Positions 61,751 to 64,000 of a stretch of 64,000 nucleotides of DNA are shown piece by piece; the first letter of the stretch is position 1; each line of letters starts with the position of its first letter. A program made the position numbers and the translations under genes. The notes below the pieces were generated by a model. The model was not told the DNA's origin. It was given only the letters and a program-made list of their open reading frames with translations, and searched no databases. The stretch covers positions 1,568,442-1,632,441 of the forward strand of contig MU061464.1 in NCBI GenBank assembly GCA_013265495.1. Reading direction: 5' to 3'. The stretch comes from Vicugna vicugna (lineage: Eukaryota).

Positions 61751-61929
61751 CTTTGACAAACTTCTTCTGTATAGCACAGGGAACTATATTTAATACCTTA
61801 TAATAACCTTTAATGAAAAAGAATATGAAAACAAATATATGTATGTATATGCACAACTGGGACAGTGTGCAGTACACCAGAGATTGTCTCATCGTGACTG
61901 ACTCTAGTTCAATTAAAAAAAATTTTTTT
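61751..61929 (+). mobile_element. 5'-truncated cetartiodactyl-type L1 3' end with TSD
   Basis: CTTCTGTATAGCACAGGGAACTATATTTAATACCTTATAATAACCTTTAATGAAAAAGAATATG...TTCAATTAAAAAAAA. 10-bp TSD AATTAACAGC at 61741-50 and 61930-39. Confidence 0.88.
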
Positions 61930-62050
61930 AATTAACAGCAGATGCACAAAGGAGCAGGGTTTCCCCTTACACAGCCGGGGCCCACACTTAGGAATTCAGT
62001 GGACTGTGTGTGTTGTCTGGGACTCTGTAGCTCACAGACCACTTAGCTCC

Positions 62051-62580
62051 TGTGAGAGACACTGTTGGTTGCTACCCAACTCCTTTCCTTCACTTTCCAG
62101 TGTCCCTCTGGTTTTGTTCATACCCATCTCCTTACAGAAGCACAAGCTTCAGAGAAAGCTAGCCTCAGAGCGAGACACAGGGTGTGGACTGTGATCGGGC
62201 TACCTCCAGTCTACGATCGGTTTCAGTGTGGACGTTTGACATAATCCTGGCCAATGAGACATGGCAGAAGCCTGCAGGTGCAGACTTCAAAGGAGACAGC
62301 TCATAGAAGACAGGTTCGCCTTTCCCGGTCACTGCGGTGTCAGGAGGTGCCGTGTCTGGGAACTGCAGCGGTCAGCTCCCTGCCTGGAGAGGAGCTGGCC
62401 CGAGGACTGTGAGGACCACCCCAGCGCAGGCAGGATGGCAGTGCTGGAGGATGAAAAGAGCAGGGGTCCCTGCTGACACTGCTGATCAGGGCCGGCAGGG
62501 TCATGCTAGATGTGTTTGTTATTTAATACAAGTGAGCCAGATTTTTCTGCCGCTCAGAGATAAAAAAGCATGCTAAGTGC
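62051..62580 (+). mobile_element. MaLR LTR, MLT1J/K-like
   Basis: Starts TGTGAGAGACACTGTTGG, contains TGACATAATCCTGGCCAATGAGACATG and GCAGGATGGCAGTGCTGGAGGATGAAAAGAGC. Confidence 0.7.
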
Positions 62581-63039
62581 CTCCACCCTGAAGTGTTCCC
62601 TTCGCTGCTCCTCCGCTGTCCCCACTGTGCTCTCAGTACCAAGAAGCACATTTCTTGAGCCATATCCTTTAACCTACATTTCGTATGGAATCTCTGGCCT
62701 TATTTGATGATCGCGTATAACAATAACTGGTGCTGTTCTTGTCCAGATTTTTCTAACAATGGATAAGCTTATTACATAATGAGGACCCTGTGCCAAGAAA
62801 ATGACTAAACAAAAGGTCTTTTCTCTCCCTGCTCACAAAAGCAGTATTGCGCAGGATGACATAATGAACTTTTTCATTGCTGAGGAACTTGAGAAATGAT
62901 GTTAATGCATCTTTAAGCCGCACGTTAAATGACCTAACTCACTGGAATTTTTTTTTTAATGAAGAAAGGCAATAAATCATCGAGGGACAGACATTATATA
63001 TCAGTGAGTGCCTCTCCTTAAATGACATGGCTTGTGAAT

Positions 63040-63920
63040 ATTCCTGTGTAAATCGGCGCTTAGAAATCAGCGGACGTCACCTCAACCCAGTGACTGCGCA
63101 GAAAGAAACTTGGGGCAACCGCACATCGTTTGGGCGACTCCTTCCGCACGCGGGCCGGGGCGCTGTTTCCCTCTTGCGCTTCCAGGCACCTGTATGCGCC
63201 TTTGCCGCAGCTCCTCCTCGCTCGTGAGCAGGCGGCCTGCGTCCCCCAGGACGTGCGCGGCCACCTCGCTTCCCCGAAGGGGCCGGGTGGGCCGTCCTCC
63301 TTCCTCTCCGCTCTGAAGGGCGAGTGCGTTGTCTCTCCGGCTCGCGTCCCCCGGATTAGACGCCGGCCTCTGGCCCAGCGGTGTCCACCGCGAGGCCGCA
63401 GAGGCGGCGGCCCGGGGCGCCTTCACCCCTGGGGAGCCTGCCGCCTCCGCTCCGCCTGCCTCCGGTGGCTGGTTTCTGACGCCCCCCACCCCTCCCGGAG
63501 TCCCCTTCTGGCTTCTTTCCCGGACTGCATCCTGACTGGAAACGCTCGATTGCTCGCGGTCAATTGGGGGGCTCCCCAGACCTCCCGTCTTCATCCGCGT
63601 GGGGGGTCACCTGGCACAGGCGGCGCTCAGAGCGCAAGACCCTTCAGGCGAGAACGCCGGCCCGGCGCGCAGCCTGCCTGTCGCCCTGGCTGTTCGGACC
63701 AGCGTGGTCCCCGGGAAACGCGCGCACGGCCCCTGCTACTTCCGCCTGTTCCCTGGCAAGATCCCCGAGGAAAACGCCTTGAATGCGCTCCCGGCCCGCC
63801 TGTACCTGGAGGGCGGATGGGCCTGGCTTTGCTCACCTGATGCCCTGGTTCCCACAAGGGCCTCTCCCACTCCCCCCCCACGAGCAGCCGGCCCCCGTTT
63901 GACCCCAGGATCGGCAGGGC
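63040..63920. promoter_or_regulatory. CpG island 5, promoter-like
   Basis: Dense CpG, CRE-like GGACGTCA near 63073, ETS CTTCCG sites including ACTTCCG near 63738, and GC boxes. The associated gene may lie beyond the window. Confidence 0.75.
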
Positions 63921-64000
63921 CGCTCCACTTGGGTAGACTCTGACTGTAACAGGTACAAGTAGGCATTTGTTTGAGGATTTGTTTTGTTGTGGAGGAACAG

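Noticed and set aside
63130-63840. 236-aa ORF in CpG island 5
   Set aside because: Non-ATG start, several frames open because stop codons are rare at this GC content, and no recognisable protein.
1-64000. Assignment of a gene symbol or human orthologous locus
   Set aside because: No exon or known miRNA/snoRNA sequence was recognised, so naming a locus would be a guess without BLAST.

Overview
GC-rich mammalian non-coding DNA with no recognisable protein-coding gene, rRNA, true tRNA or CRISPR array. Two tRNA-derived SINEs of the camelid (Vic-1-like) type, cetartiodactyl-type L1 3' ends and no Alu/B1/Bov-tA/Can-SINE seen suggest a camelid genome (inference). The window is a mosaic of old interspersed repeats (L1M, L2, MIR, HAL1, MLT1, MER54-like and MER34/39-like LTRs, MER5/MER20/MER33, a Tigger2-type MITE) and unique sequence. 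The unique sequence holds four larger CpG islands plus a small CpG patch and many AP-1, E-box, CArG, GATA and NF-kB motifs, so it looks like an enhancer-rich or lncRNA locus or a large 5' intron. Best leads: (1) an AT-rich block at 31.3-32.4 kb with a two-way TATA box and coherent splice signals on both strands, giving a possible two-exon micro-transcript with a 44-aa smORF; (2) a perfect 24-bp inverted repeat (72-nt hairpin) in the 44-45 kb CpG island; (3) sharply bounded GC-converted patches inside ancient L1s, consistent with biased gene conversion; (4) adjacent 63-bp and 60-bp tandem duplications near 59 kb. Repeat family names come from recalled consensus sequences, not a database search, and repeat boundaries are approximate unless a TSD or TIR is quoted.
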